Below, piece after piece: positions 27,692 to 36,973 of a DNA stretch of 64,000 nucleotides (its first letter is position 1; every line of letters starts with the position of its first letter). Both the position numbers and the translations under genes were made by a program. The notes under the pieces were generated by a model. It was not told the DNA's origin. It made no database searches and worked only from the letters and a program-made list of their open reading frames with translations. The stretch lies in the NCBI GenBank assembly GCA_017453365.1, contig JAFTKH010000003.1, positions 1,866 through 65,865 on the forward strand, given 5' to 3'. This DNA is from Clostridia bacterium. Its GTDB lineage: Bacteria; Bacillota; Clostridia; Oscillospirales; CAG-272.

Positions 27692-29446
27692 ATGGACATT
27701 TTCGATATCCTTATGCTGATAGGCGGACTATGCCTCTTTCTTTATGGAATGAACGTAATGGGACAGGCCCTCGAGAGAAGCGCCGGCTCGAGCCTCGAGC
27801 GTATGCTCGCGAAGCTTACCTCAAATAAATTTGCGGGGCTTCTCACCGGTCTTGGCGTTACCGCGGTAATACAGTCGTCCTCTGCGACGACGGTAATGGT
27901 CGTCGGCTTCGTGAACTCGGGTCTTATGAACCTGCGTCAGGCGATACACGTTATAATGGGTGCCAATATCGGTACGACCGTTACCGCGTGGATACTCAGC
28001 CTTGGCGGCATCTCGGGTGACAGCATCTTTCTTCAGCTGCTGAAGCCCACGTCCTTCACTCCCATACTTGCACTTATGGGAATTATACTCTTTATGTTCT
28101 GTAAGAGTAAAAGAAAGAAGGATATCGGAGTAATACTCCTCGGCTTCGCCGTACTTATGTTCGGTATGGATACGATGACAGGCTCGGTATCGGGGCTTAA
28201 GGACGACCCCGCCTTTACCGAAATGTTCATTATGTTTAAAAATCCCATTCTCGGTGTCCTCGTCGGAGCAGTGCTCACTGCGATAATTCAGTCGTCTTCC
28301 GCCTCTGTCGGTATACTCCAGGCCCTCGCGGCAACGGGTGCCGTATCCTACGGAGCCGCCATCCCTATTATAATGGGACAGAATATCGGTACGTGCGTCA
28401 CGGCAATCATCTCGTCTGTAGGAACTAATAAGAATGCGAAGCGTGCGGCATACGTGCATCTTTCATTCAACATAATCGGTACTATTGTATGGCTTACCGC
28501 CTTTAGCATTGTTAACGCCATATTCTCACCCGCTCTCTTTAACGAGGCTGCAACGCTTTCGGGTATCGCGACGGCACACTCGCTCTTTAACCTCGCGTGC
28601 ACGGTACTTCTGTTCCCGATGTCGCGTCTGCTGGAGCTCCTTGCATATAAGCTTGTTCCGGATGCTAAAACGCCCGAGAAGGTTACCGTCCTTGATGAAA
28701 GGCTTCTAGCTACCCCCGCCGTAGCTCTTGAGAGATGCTATGAGCTCACGCGTGAAATGGCAGAGTGCTCCGCAAGGTCGCTTGAAGAAAGCATAGCTCA
28801 TTTCCGTTCCCAGGGCGATGCGGCTCTTGCCGCCTCAGTGAGGGAGAAGGAGAACGAAACCGACTCCTACGAGGATATGATAGGAAGCTATCTGGTTAAG
28901 CTTTCGAGTAACCAGATGAACGAGGAGGAGGCGACGATGTCCTCTATGCTTCTTAAGGTCATAGGTGACCTTGAGAGGATTTCCGACCACGCCGTGAATA
29001 TCGTCGAGTCCCGTGAGGAGCTTCTTGAAAAGGGAATATCCTTCTCCGACTCGGCGCTTTCCGAGATAAACAATATGTGCGATGCGACCCTCGAGATAGT
29101 AAATCTTTCTCTCTGCGCTTTTCTTAACGAGGATACCTCGCTCGCTCTTTCTGTCGAGCCCCTTGAGGAGGTCATTGACAGACTTAAGGAAACTCTCCGT
29201 ACCCAGCATATCGACAGACTCAGACAGGGTAATTGCAGCATCGAGGCAGGCTTTGTTTGGAGCGACCTTATCACCAATATGGAGAGGGTTTCCGACCATT
29301 GCTCGAATATAGCGGGCTGCGTTATAGATTTGAAGGAGAGAAACCTCTCTATCCACGAGTCCTTGAAGCTTATCAGAGGCGACGGAGAGGAATTTGAGGA
29401 GAAGTTCCGCGAATATGCGGCGAAATATATGAGCTTTATAGGTTAA
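27692..29446 (+). CDS. Na/Pi cotransporter family protein with C-terminal PhoU-like domains
   Basis: Duplicated TAVIQSSSATTV / TAIIQSSSASVG NptA repeats. The C-terminal helical PhoU-like repeats each contain ERISDH/ERVSDH. The ATG at 27692 follows AGGAG. Confidence 0.85.
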   Translation: MDIFDILMLIGGLCLFLYGMNVMGQALERSAGSSLERMLAKLTSNKFAGLLTGLGVTAVIQSSSATTVMVVGFVNSGLMNLRQAIHVIMGANIGTTVTAWILSLGGISGDSIFLQLLKPTSFTPILALMGIILFMFCKSKRKKDIGVILLGFAVLMFGMDTMTGSVSGLKDDPAFTEMFIMFKNPILGVLVGAVLTAIIQSSSASVGILQALAATGAVSYGAAIPIIMGQNIGTCVTAIISSVGTNKNAKRAAYVHLSFNIIGTIVWLTAFSIVNAIFSPALFNEAATLSGIATAHSLFNLACTVLLFPMSRLLELLAYKLVPDAKTPEKVTVLDERLLATPAVALERCYELTREMAECSARSLEESIAHFRSQGDAALAASVREKENETDSYEDMIGSYLVKLSSNQMNEEEATMSSMLLKVIGDLERISDHAVNIVESREELLEKGISFSDSALSEINNMCDATLEIVNLSLCAFLNEDTSLALSVEPLEEVIDRLKETLRTQHIDRLRQGNCSIEAGFVWSDLITNMERVSDHCSNIAGCVIDLKERNLSIHESLKLIRGDGEEFEEKFREYAAKYMSFIG

Positions 29447-29491
29447 ATTATAAGGGGCGGCGCGAAATTTTCGCACCTGCCTCTTTTGCGC

Positions 29492-29520
29492 TTGCAAAGC
29501 CGCCGCGAAAAATGTATAAT
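29492..29520 (+). promoter_or_regulatory. sigma-A type promoter for the two-component system
   Basis: TTGCAA, 17 nt spacer, TATAAT. Confidence 0.55.
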
Positions 29521-29550
29521 ATTAAGTAAGAAAAAAGAAAGGCAGATAAT

Positions 29551-30222
29551 ATGAATTTCGATACACTTATATATATCGTTGAGGACGACGAGGGAATAGG
29601 TGAGGTGTACCTCGGTGCTCTCGAGGACAGCTACAGGGTAGATATATTTGCCACCGGCGGAGAGTTCTTCACCGCATTTGATAAACGCAGACCCGACCTT
29701 ATCATTCTCGATATTATGCTACCGGATATGGACGGATATCAGATACTGTCACGCATAAGAGAGTGCGACGAGCGAGTACCTGTAATCATAGTCAGTGCGA
29801 AATCTGATGAGATAAGCTTTGTTAAGGGGCTCAACAGAGGAGCGGACGATTATATGGCGAAGCCCTTTTCCGTCCTCGAGCTGCTCGCGAGAGTGAAGGC
29901 GGGACTCCGCCGCGCAAACCTATATGTTAAAGTGGCGGGAAATTTTACCGTTGATAACAATACATACCGCGCCGCATGGCACGGGCAGGACCTTGGACTC
30001 ACCCTTAAGGAATTTAAGCTTTTGCGGATGCTTATCGGGCGCTCGGGAGTGACTGTCTCGCGTGAGGAGCTTTTCCGCGAGGTGTGGGGAGAGGAATTTA
30101 TGGGTGAGAGCCGTACTCTCGATATGCATATGGCGACGCTTCGCGAGAAGATAAGTACGCTTGGAGCCCCCGAATGCATAGTTACCGTCAGGGGAATAGG
30201 CTATAGGTTTGAGTCGGTATGA
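29551..30222 (+). CDS. OmpR/PhoB-family response regulator
   Basis: Receiver domain (DLIILDIMLPDMDG, ..SAKSD.., KPF) plus a winged-helix output domain (LTLKEFKLL...VRGIGYRF). Confidence 0.9.
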   Translation: MNFDTLIYIVEDDEGIGEVYLGALEDSYRVDIFATGGEFFTAFDKRRPDLIILDIMLPDMDGYQILSRIRECDERVPVIIVSAKSDEISFVKGLNRGADDYMAKPFSVLELLARVKAGLRRANLYVKVAGNFTVDNNTYRAAWHGQDLGLTLKEFKLLRMLIGRSGVTVSREELFREVWGEEFMGESRTLDMHMATLREKISTLGAPECIVTVRGIGYRFESV

Positions 30223-31925
30223 GAAGAAAAATTTTTGTCAGATGCTTTCTTATAGCCTTTTTGTCCGTATCCATACTTTTCTCCGCGGGAATAGCTACGA
30301 CCTACGTGAGTAATAAAAGTCTTGTTAAGGAGCGCCTCATTACGGAGACAAAGCTCGCCGTAGCGTTGCTTAACAGCGAGGATGACTTTGAAGAGCTTGA
30401 TATATTTATGAACAACGATGAGTGCCGTGTTACGATAATTACCCCCGACGGCGAGGTTTTGTATGACAGTGACACGACCCTCGAGCTTGAGAACCATATA
30501 GACCGTGAGGAGGTCGCGGCAGCACTCGCGGGAGAGCCCGTTGCCGTTGAGCGCTATTCCGAAACCTTCGGCTGCAATATGAATTATTACGCTATGCTGA
30601 CGTCGCTTGATGACGGCAGAGAGGTAATAGTGAGGCTCGCACTTAAAAATACAGAGATAAACTACTACATTTTATCGACTGTCCCCTTCCTGCTCCTTGC
30701 GCTGCTCGTATCCGCTTTTATCGCGGGCGTTTTCGCCCGAAGGCTGTCGGACAGCGTCGGCGAGCGGATATCCGATATAGGACGGAGCCTTAAGAGCTTA
30801 AATGACGGAGATTACGTACCTCTTGCGACCAATAGCTCCGATAGTGAGTTTTTCTCCGTATATAACGAGATAAACGAGCTGAATGAGAAGACCATAGGGA
30901 ATATCCTAAAAAGCGAGAGGGAAAAATGGCGGCTTAATGCAGTTATCGATAACGTGTCGCAGGGGATTATAGCTCTTTCCGGCGAGGAGAGAATACTTCT
31001 TGTAAACGGGAGCGCACTTGACTTGTTCGGGGTTGAGAGGTCGGTAATATCACTTAAGCTTGACAGCCTTATATCAGACAGTGGGCTCCTTATGAAGATT
31101 GAGAGGGCACTGTCTGCCCGTAACTCAAAATTTGAATATACATCCTCGGGCAGGACGGTAACCGTCGAGACCGTTACCCCCGCCGATTCGATGCTCGACG
31201 AAGAGATAAGCAGCATTATCATTATTTCCGACGTAACCTTTGAGAGGGAGTTGGGGAGACAGAAGGAAGAATTCTTTGCAAATGCCTCTCACGAGCTGAA
31301 AACACCGCTTACCGCTATGCGCGGACTTTCCGAGCTGCTCCTTGCGAAAAGCGAGGACAGCACAGACCGTCCGAAGCTTGAAAGAATACATAAGGAGTGC
31401 ATAAGGCTCTCCGATCTCATATCGGATATGCTGAAGTTGAGTCTTCTTGAAGCGCCGAAGGAGAGCGAGTCGGTATTTTCCGTAGATATGCACAGAATTG
31501 CCGAGGAAGCTATAGCGGAGCTCGCCTATGCAATGAAGGAGAAGGGTATCGCGTGCGAGCTCGTCGGCGACGCCGCCGTCTTGGCAGAGGAGAAGAAGAT
31601 GTACGAGCTTATGTGTAATCTTCTCTCGAACGCGGTTAACTATAACGTCGAGGGCGGCAGCATTACCGTGACGCTCGGTACTCGGGAGGATGAAGCCTAT
31701 CTTTCGGTACGCGACACGGGAATAGGTATCTCCCCCGAGCACATCCCTCACCTCTTCGAGAGATTTTACAGAGTGGATAAATCACGCTCGAAGAAGACAG
31801 GCGGTACAGGTCTTGGACTCGCTATAGTGAAGCACATATCGGCGCTCTTCGGCGGAAGGATAACCGTTGAGAGCGAGCCGGGTGAAGGAACGGAGATATG
31901 CATCTTTTTCAAAAAAGAAGCTTAA
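30219..31925 (+). CDS. sensor histidine kinase (PhoR-like: 2 TM, HAMP, PAS, HisKA, HATPase)
   Basis: H-box SHELKTPLTAM, N-box LLSNAVNY, G-boxes RDTGIGI and GGTGLGLAIVK. It overlaps the response regulator stop by 4 nt. Confidence 0.9.
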   Translation: MRRKIFVRCFLIAFLSVSILFSAGIATTYVSNKSLVKERLITETKLAVALLNSEDDFEELDIFMNNDECRVTIITPDGEVLYDSDTTLELENHIDREEVAAALAGEPVAVERYSETFGCNMNYYAMLTSLDDGREVIVRLALKNTEINYYILSTVPFLLLALLVSAFIAGVFARRLSDSVGERISDIGRSLKSLNDGDYVPLATNSSDSEFFSVYNEINELNEKTIGNILKSEREKWRLNAVIDNVSQGIIALSGEERILLVNGSALDLFGVERSVISLKLDSLISDSGLLMKIERALSARNSKFEYTSSGRTVTVETVTPADSMLDEEISSIIIISDVTFERELGRQKEEFFANASHELKTPLTAMRGLSELLLAKSEDSTDRPKLERIHKECIRLSDLISDMLKLSLLEAPKESESVFSVDMHRIAEEAIAELAYAMKEKGIACELVGDAAVLAEEKKMYELMCNLLSNAVNYNVEGGSITVTLGTREDEAYLSVRDTGIGISPEHIPHLFERFYRVDKSRSKKTGGTGLGLAIVKHISALFGGRITVESEPGEGTEICIFFKKEA

Positions 31926-31938
31926 TACCGAATAAAAC

Positions 31939-31987
31939 AAAAACCGGGACTTCATGGCACGGCTGTCACCCTGAAGCTCCGGTTTTT
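31939..31987. terminator. bidirectional terminator between the kinase gene and the convergent fibre-like operon
   Basis: aaaaaccgggacttca ... tgaagctccggttttt imperfect hairpin flanked by A/T runs. Confidence 0.6.
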
Positions 31988-31991
31988 GATT

Positions 31992-33134
31992 TTATTGTTC
32001 TGTAGCATAGGCACTGTATGCGCTTACGGCTTCTTCTATAGTCGCTCCCTTTGAGACAAGGTATCCGTTCGCATCGGGATAGTAGGCGTCTGCATCGTGT
32101 ACCCACGTTTCCGTATTGAAGGAGTCGCACGCAACTCCGCTGGAGAAGGTAGCGTAGTACGAGTTCGTATTTGCCTTGCCCTTATACATATCTCCGTACT
32201 GTGCCCATTTGCCGTCGCTGTCTTTAACGTAGACGATAGCATACACCGTGACGGTGACGGAGCTGTCACTGCCAAAAAATCCCGTTGTTCCCGTAATGGT
32301 ATCCGGTGTCATATACATAACCATTTCGTTTACGTCCGCAGCTCCGTTATAATCAAAAACGTCCTTTTCTTTTATCATAACGGTACATTCATTAGCAACA
32401 GTTCCGTTTAAGCTCACGTTTTTCAGCGTATCTCCGAATACGGATTTAATTAGTGTGGTATCGCTTGAGCTTGTATCTCCCGCGACGTTTCCGACGTAGT
32501 CTCCGCCGAACTTGTAGCCGCCTGCGTTTGAGCTCATTGCATCTTGTATATCAACGAGCACGTCCGGGTCGTTTAACGCTGTGAGGAAGGATTCCGATGC
32601 CTTGTTGACGACTGCCTCATCCTTATCCTCCTCACTCGCGAAGCCAAAATTGAACATCAGCGTAGCGGAAACCAGGCTTGCCCCCGTGTCCGTAGCCTTC
32701 AGCGTAACCGTTATGTCAGAGGTTACCGCTCCTGACGCGAGAGCCTCTTCTGCAGTAATTCCCGAAACGCCCTCGACGGCAAGTCCAGTATTCGTATCGG
32801 TACCCTCTACTGTTGGAGCAGTTACAGACTTGAAAACGAAATTCAGATCTGTATTGTTTCTCACGGTGACAGTGACGGTGACTGTATCTCCCTCCGAAAA
32901 ATCTGCCGTCAGAGAAAGAATACCCGCAGGCTCGGTCAGAGAGCTGTTACCGCCTCTGTAGCCGACGTCGCCCGAGGATATTTCGGCTGTAGCCACGTAG
33001 AGCCACGGCTCTACTCCCGTAAATACTCTTGAAGTCACATTAAGGGTATCGGAAAGGGTCGCGTACCCAACGCTAAGGAACGCGAGAACGAAAAAGAGCG
33101 CACAGAAAACAGTCATTTTAAAAGCTTTTTTCAT
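31992..33134 (-). CDS. secreted protein with SipW-type signal peptide (cargo 2, 380 aa)
   Basis: MKKAFKMTVFCALFFVLAFLSVGYATLSDTLNVT. The mature part is Thr/Val/Ser/Gly/Asp-rich with alternating beta-like stretches (TVTVTVTV). The ATG at 33134 has an AAGGAG RBS; the track ORF extends to 33191. Confidence 0.7.
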   Translation of the reverse strand: MKKAFKMTVFCALFFVLAFLSVGYATLSDTLNVTSRVFTGVEPWLYVATAEISSGDVGYRGGNSSLTEPAGILSLTADFSEGDTVTVTVTVRNNTDLNFVFKSVTAPTVEGTDTNTGLAVEGVSGITAEEALASGAVTSDITVTLKATDTGASLVSATLMFNFGFASEEDKDEAVVNKASESFLTALNDPDVLVDIQDAMSSNAGGYKFGGDYVGNVAGDTSSSDTTLIKSVFGDTLKNVSLNGTVANECTVMIKEKDVFDYNGAADVNEMVMYMTPDTITGTTGFFGSDSSVTVTVYAIVYVKDSDGKWAQYGDMYKGKANTNSYYATFSSGVACDSFNTETWVHDADAYYPDANGYLVSKGATIEEAVSAYSAYATEQ

Positions 33135-33246
33135 AGTGCGCTCTCCTTTTTTATTCTGTCTTGGGAAGGCGTTTTCTAGCCCTTCGTTCACTGTGACGAT
33201 TATAATTTTTAAGCGATGAGGTGCTCTTTTTCGTTAATTCTTCGGT

Positions 33247-35154
33247 TCACTCATCCCCGTCGGGGAGTACTGCGTCGCTCCGTTTGTGTCTTTTGTCACG
33301 GAGGAGCTCCTCTACGTCAGCCTTTTCTGTCGGCGTGTTCGCATCGAGTAATACGCCCGTCGGTGCTATTACCTTTATGAGCTCGCGCTCGATAAGCATC
33401 TCGGTGCTTTCGTACGGCAGTCGGTAGTCAACATTTGGAATATCGCTCTGCTTTATACCGAGGGCATTCATACATTCGTCAATAAGCAGATACGCCTGCT
33501 TCATCGATCGTTCTCCCTTTATCTTGAAGAGCATCGGCACCGTGTCGAGCTTCGGCTTATCTCCGACGTAGGAAACGCGATACTGCTCGTTGCTGTACTT
33601 TTCGGGATCGAGCGCGAGGTAAAGAAGGAGATACGAGCCCTTTACGTTAAGCTTTGCACAGCTTATGCGTCCGCGCTTGAAGGATTCGAAATTCAGACTT
33701 GTTCTTGCCTTCACACCCGAGAAGGAGAGAAGATAGTTTTTGATAAGGGAGTATTTTTCCTTGATCGTGTCCTCCGACTGTATCAGTCGGGACATAAACG
33801 ATGTGCGGTATCTTACCTCGACTGCCGCATCCTCCGTTACAGCAGGTATAGCTGCCTCATTTCGGGGAATCTTCCCTGTATCTGCCTCTGCGGTTGCGGA
33901 CTCTTCCGGCAAAGACTCCTCTCGGATACTCTCATCCGGTGCGGCTTCGGGGCTATCTCCTTCGGTGCCCTCGGGCGTTGCTTCCTCGTAAGCATCATAT
34001 TCCGCCGAGACCGTGAGCTCAGCGCAGTCGGGCGTGTTATCTGTTACCTCTTTGCTATCCTTGCCGACGCCGTAAAGCTCATCGTAGTTGTCCACCTTTA
34101 TCTCAAAAAGGTAGAGAAGCTTCGTCTGTGTGGGAATAAGGAATAGAGTTCTCGTTTCATCAGCATTCTCACTCATAAGTATCGGGGATTGTAAAGTATC
34201 GCGTATCCCGAGCATCTCGGGGAAGGTATCTATCTCGAGAACCTGATAGCCATTGGTGTCAAATTCGCCCTTCAGCTTCTGTATGTAGCTCTTATATGCT
34301 CCGAGAATACGCCTTATCTTGATCGAATAATTAATATCGTGGTTTCTCGTCAAGAAGATGAAGAAGAGCAGCACAATAAAGAGTATGAGTGAAAGGGAAA
34401 GACCACCGACAGCCGAATAGCCGAGTGCCGAGCGGCTGGCTAACGATTCGTCGCATATGAATACCTTTGCTTCACTGCCGGGGGCGGTTTCGGTGAGCGA
34501 CACGCTTACAGTTCTTTTCGTAAGAGGAACGGTAAGGGAGGTTGTATAGCTCATATTGCTGTCGCATCCGAGCTCCTCGGCGCTGCCTGTAACGTCGGTC
34601 TTCATAGTAACGGTAAGGCGCGGCGTCACGGAGGAAAGACCGTAGGTCTTGATGAAGCTCTCTGCTATTCCGTTGTACCTTCTGTAATCGATCTCGGTGC
34701 TGTCTGTTATTATGAGCTCGCCGCCCGTCGCGTACCCCTCCGTGTTTTCACGTATGACGTACTCAGGGGCGAATATTATCGCTTTAGTATCATTATCTGT
34801 AATTTCCAGGGTCGCGTATATACTGTAGGAGTATCGGTACTCCATTTTTTCTTCGTCTGTTCTTAGTACGTAGCTGAAATCAGCCTTAATGGTGTCTATT
34901 ATCGAGGCGACATAGGACTGTCCCTCTCCGAGCTCCTCCGCGTCGTAGAAATCGTTTTGAAGAAGCCTTACCGTGTAATCTATACCGCCCTTTTCGTAAT
35001 AGGGTATCTCGTGTGTGCTCTCGGCTCTGAAATAAAGTGCGCCGAGTGCCACGGAGAGAAGGAAAAATACCGTAAAGAGAGCGGTCAGGGCAGTTATCCA
35101 TTTTTTTCTGTTACGCTTGTAATTAAGCCTTTTTCTTCTTTCGGCTTCAGACAT
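33247..35154 (-). CDS. two-TM membrane protein (DUF5305-like N-terminal part, tentative) with an acidic linker and an extra C-terminal cytoplasmic domain
   Basis: In track numbering the layout runs as follows: basic N-terminus, TM residues 27-50, ectodomain of about 200 aa, TM residues 253-276, cytoplasmic region, Glu/Asp/Pro-rich linker residues 371-452, C-terminal domain of about 150 aa. Start ATG at 35154 (GGAGG 5 nt upstream), overlapping the peptidase stop. Confidence 0.65.
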   Translation of the reverse strand: MSEAERRKRLNYKRNRKKWITALTALFTVFFLLSVALGALYFRAESTHEIPYYEKGGIDYTVRLLQNDFYDAEELGEGQSYVASIIDTIKADFSYVLRTDEEKMEYRYSYSIYATLEITDNDTKAIIFAPEYVIRENTEGYATGGELIITDSTEIDYRRYNGIAESFIKTYGLSSVTPRLTVTMKTDVTGSAEELGCDSNMSYTTSLTVPLTKRTVSVSLTETAPGSEAKVFICDESLASRSALGYSAVGGLSLSLILFIVLLFFIFLTRNHDINYSIKIRRILGAYKSYIQKLKGEFDTNGYQVLEIDTFPEMLGIRDTLQSPILMSENADETRTLFLIPTQTKLLYLFEIKVDNYDELYGVGKDSKEVTDNTPDCAELTVSAEYDAYEEATPEGTEGDSPEAAPDESIREESLPEESATAEADTGKIPRNEAAIPAVTEDAAVEVRYRTSFMSRLIQSEDTIKEKYSLIKNYLLSFSGVKARTSLNFESFKRGRISCAKLNVKGSYLLLYLALDPEKYSNEQYRVSYVGDKPKLDTVPMLFKIKGERSMKQAYLLIDECMNALGIKQSDIPNVDYRLPYESTEMLIERELIKVIAPTGVLLDANTPTEKADVEELLRDKRHKRSDAVLPDGDE

Positions 35155-36283
35155 CACTGCCTCCTTTCCTGTCATCAAACAGTCGTGATAACCATACCGT
35201 AGGCCAGCCTACGTAGGGAATTTTGAATTTTACGGTACCGATTATTTCTTCTTCGGTAACGTATCCTGGATCTGCATCCTCGTTTGCATCCCCCTTTGTG
35301 TAAAACCGGTAGCTGCCGTTCGTGTATTCGAGGTCGTATACTCTGTGAACTACCCTAGAGCCGCCCTTTTCGAAAACTAATATATCCCCGACGGCGACCT
35401 CCTCGCCCCCCGAGTCCGTATATACCGTTACATCTCCGATATGTAGCTCACCCTCCATACTTCCTGAGCCTATGACTATTGCTCCGACGAAGAAGCGGCA
35501 GGAGGTCAGCATTATAAGCCCGATAAGGCAGATGAGGAGGGCAGCGAGAGATATCGGTCCGAGCTTCGTCCCTCTTTTTATGGCGTAGCTTCTTTTTTTC
35601 TCATACAGCGAGCTTATGAAGAGGTATGCGAGAAGGGGAAGTGTTATTCGTGCTGCGGCAACCAGTGCGGGTGCGGCGGTAGGAAGATAGGGAATAAAGT
35701 AAATGTAAATGGTTGTTGTCAGCTTATAGGTCAGGGCGGGTAGAAAGCCGTGCCTACGTGTTAAATAATTGAATAAAAGGTTTTGAGAAATCGACGGCGC
35801 CAGAGTTGCTCCGACGAGCTCAGTGAAGGCGTAGACACTGTTGATGGAGTCAGCCTCGCCCGAAAGCGTTACGTAGGTGAGTATTGCCCCTGCAGAGAAA
35901 ATCAGTGTCGCGGGCTTAGAGGACGCTCCCAGCACCAGGCCTCGTGTGTATTCTACTGACAGTATCACGGCGGAAAGCGGTAAAGCCCGCGTCAGGAGCT
36001 CGAGCGGAGTGTAGCTCGCCGTTTTACCTATACCGAAATAGAGTCCCGAAAGATAATAGAGCATTATCGCCGCCGCTGTACCGACGGATATGATAAGGAG
36101 CACCTGATTTTTATAGATCGACGGTACGCTCCGTTTTTTGATTAGAAAGCTTGCGAAGAGGGCAAGGATGGGGAGCAGGAGAGCAGCATATACCCGACTC
36201 CCCTCAGGAAACGCGAAAAGTAAAATGGGAAGGGCGAGCGCGAGGATAGAGACCGTATATAGTTTTTTTCTGTCCGCCGACAT
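35147..36283 (-). CDS. SipW/ER-archaeal-type signal peptidase I fused to an N-terminal domain of about eight TM helices
   Basis: C-terminal 120 aa carry GSGSMEG (Ser box), VVHRV (His box) and YTKGDANEDAD. They are preceded by about 240 aa of repeated hydrophobic helices. The RBS is AAGGAGGG. Confidence 0.75.
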   Translation of the reverse strand: MSADRKKLYTVSILALALPILLFAFPEGSRVYAALLLPILALFASFLIKKRSVPSIYKNQVLLIISVGTAAAIMLYYLSGLYFGIGKTASYTPLELLTRALPLSAVILSVEYTRGLVLGASSKPATLIFSAGAILTYVTLSGEADSINSVYAFTELVGATLAPSISQNLLFNYLTRRHGFLPALTYKLTTTIYIYFIPYLPTAAPALVAAARITLPLLAYLFISSLYEKKRSYAIKRGTKLGPISLAALLICLIGLIMLTSCRFFVGAIVIGSGSMEGELHIGDVTVYTDSGGEEVAVGDILVFEKGGSRVVHRVYDLEYTNGSYRFYTKGDANEDADPGYVTEEEIIGTVKFKIPYVGWPTVWLSRLFDDRKGGSDV

Positions 36284-36320
36284 TCTTCGCCCTCCTTATC
36301 TCGGCTTTTCTAAATGAAAT

Positions 36321-36866
36321 TTATGCGTTTGCGGTTATTGCGATGGTGAAGGTTTCCTCTGCCGCATCATTACCTGAGATATCGTTTGCCATAGTGATGG
36401 TGACGGTAAGAGTGGTCGTGCCCGTTTTAGGAGCGAGAGTCGTAGCGGCGAGCTCTGCAGTTGCTGTGAACGTGCTGTCAGTTCCCGCAGCAGTAACGGT
36501 AGGATTGCTGAGAGTTACCTCGAAATTACTTTCATTAACTACAGTGAACACGAGAATTATCTCGTCATTCTTCGTTGCGAGGAAGCCGTCAACATCGAGT
36601 ACTATTTCGTCGGTTCCCGTTCCGCTAACGGTGATAGCGTAGTCATCGTTCGAGGTGTCATCGCTCTTAACGTCGCTGACAGCGGCGCCGTTACGTGTAC
36701 CGGAGGTGATATTGTAGTCGCTTGCAAAGTATACATACGGGTCAAACGCGGGGGCGTTAGCTCCTGCTGTGACAGTGAGGTCGTCGGACAATGCTGCGTA
36801 TCCGATACCCAGCGTGAGTATTGCAACTACAAGGAATACGGCTACAACGGTTCTTCTCTTTTTCAT
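36321..36866 (-). CDS. small secreted protein with SipW-type signal peptide (cargo 1, 181 aa)
   Basis: MKKRRTVVAVFLVVAILTLGIGYAALSDDLTVT. The mature part is Thr/Ala/Val/Asp-rich with beta-like composition. AAGGAG RBS. Confidence 0.7.
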   Translation of the reverse strand: MKKRRTVVAVFLVVAILTLGIGYAALSDDLTVTAGANAPAFDPYVYFASDYNITSGTRNGAAVSDVKSDDTSNDDYAITVSGTGTDEIVLDVDGFLATKNDEIILVFTVVNESNFEVTLSNPTVTAAGTDSTFTATAELAATTLAPKTGTTTLTVTITMANDISGNDAAEETFTIAITANA

Positions 36867-36937
36867 TTTTCTTCTCCTTTCCGATATTTCTTTGGTAATT
36901 TATGCCAATTTTAAACTAAAATACCAAAAGATAGCTT

Positions 36938-36967
36938 ATAATAGCACAGTTTTGCACAAAATGTCAA
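36938..36967 (-). promoter_or_regulatory. promoter of the peptidase/cargo operon
   Basis: Minus strand reads TTGACA (36962..36967), 18 nt spacer, TATTAT (36938..36943). A TG lies two nt upstream of the -10, giving an extended -10. Confidence 0.5.
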
Positions 36968-36973
36968 GTGGCA

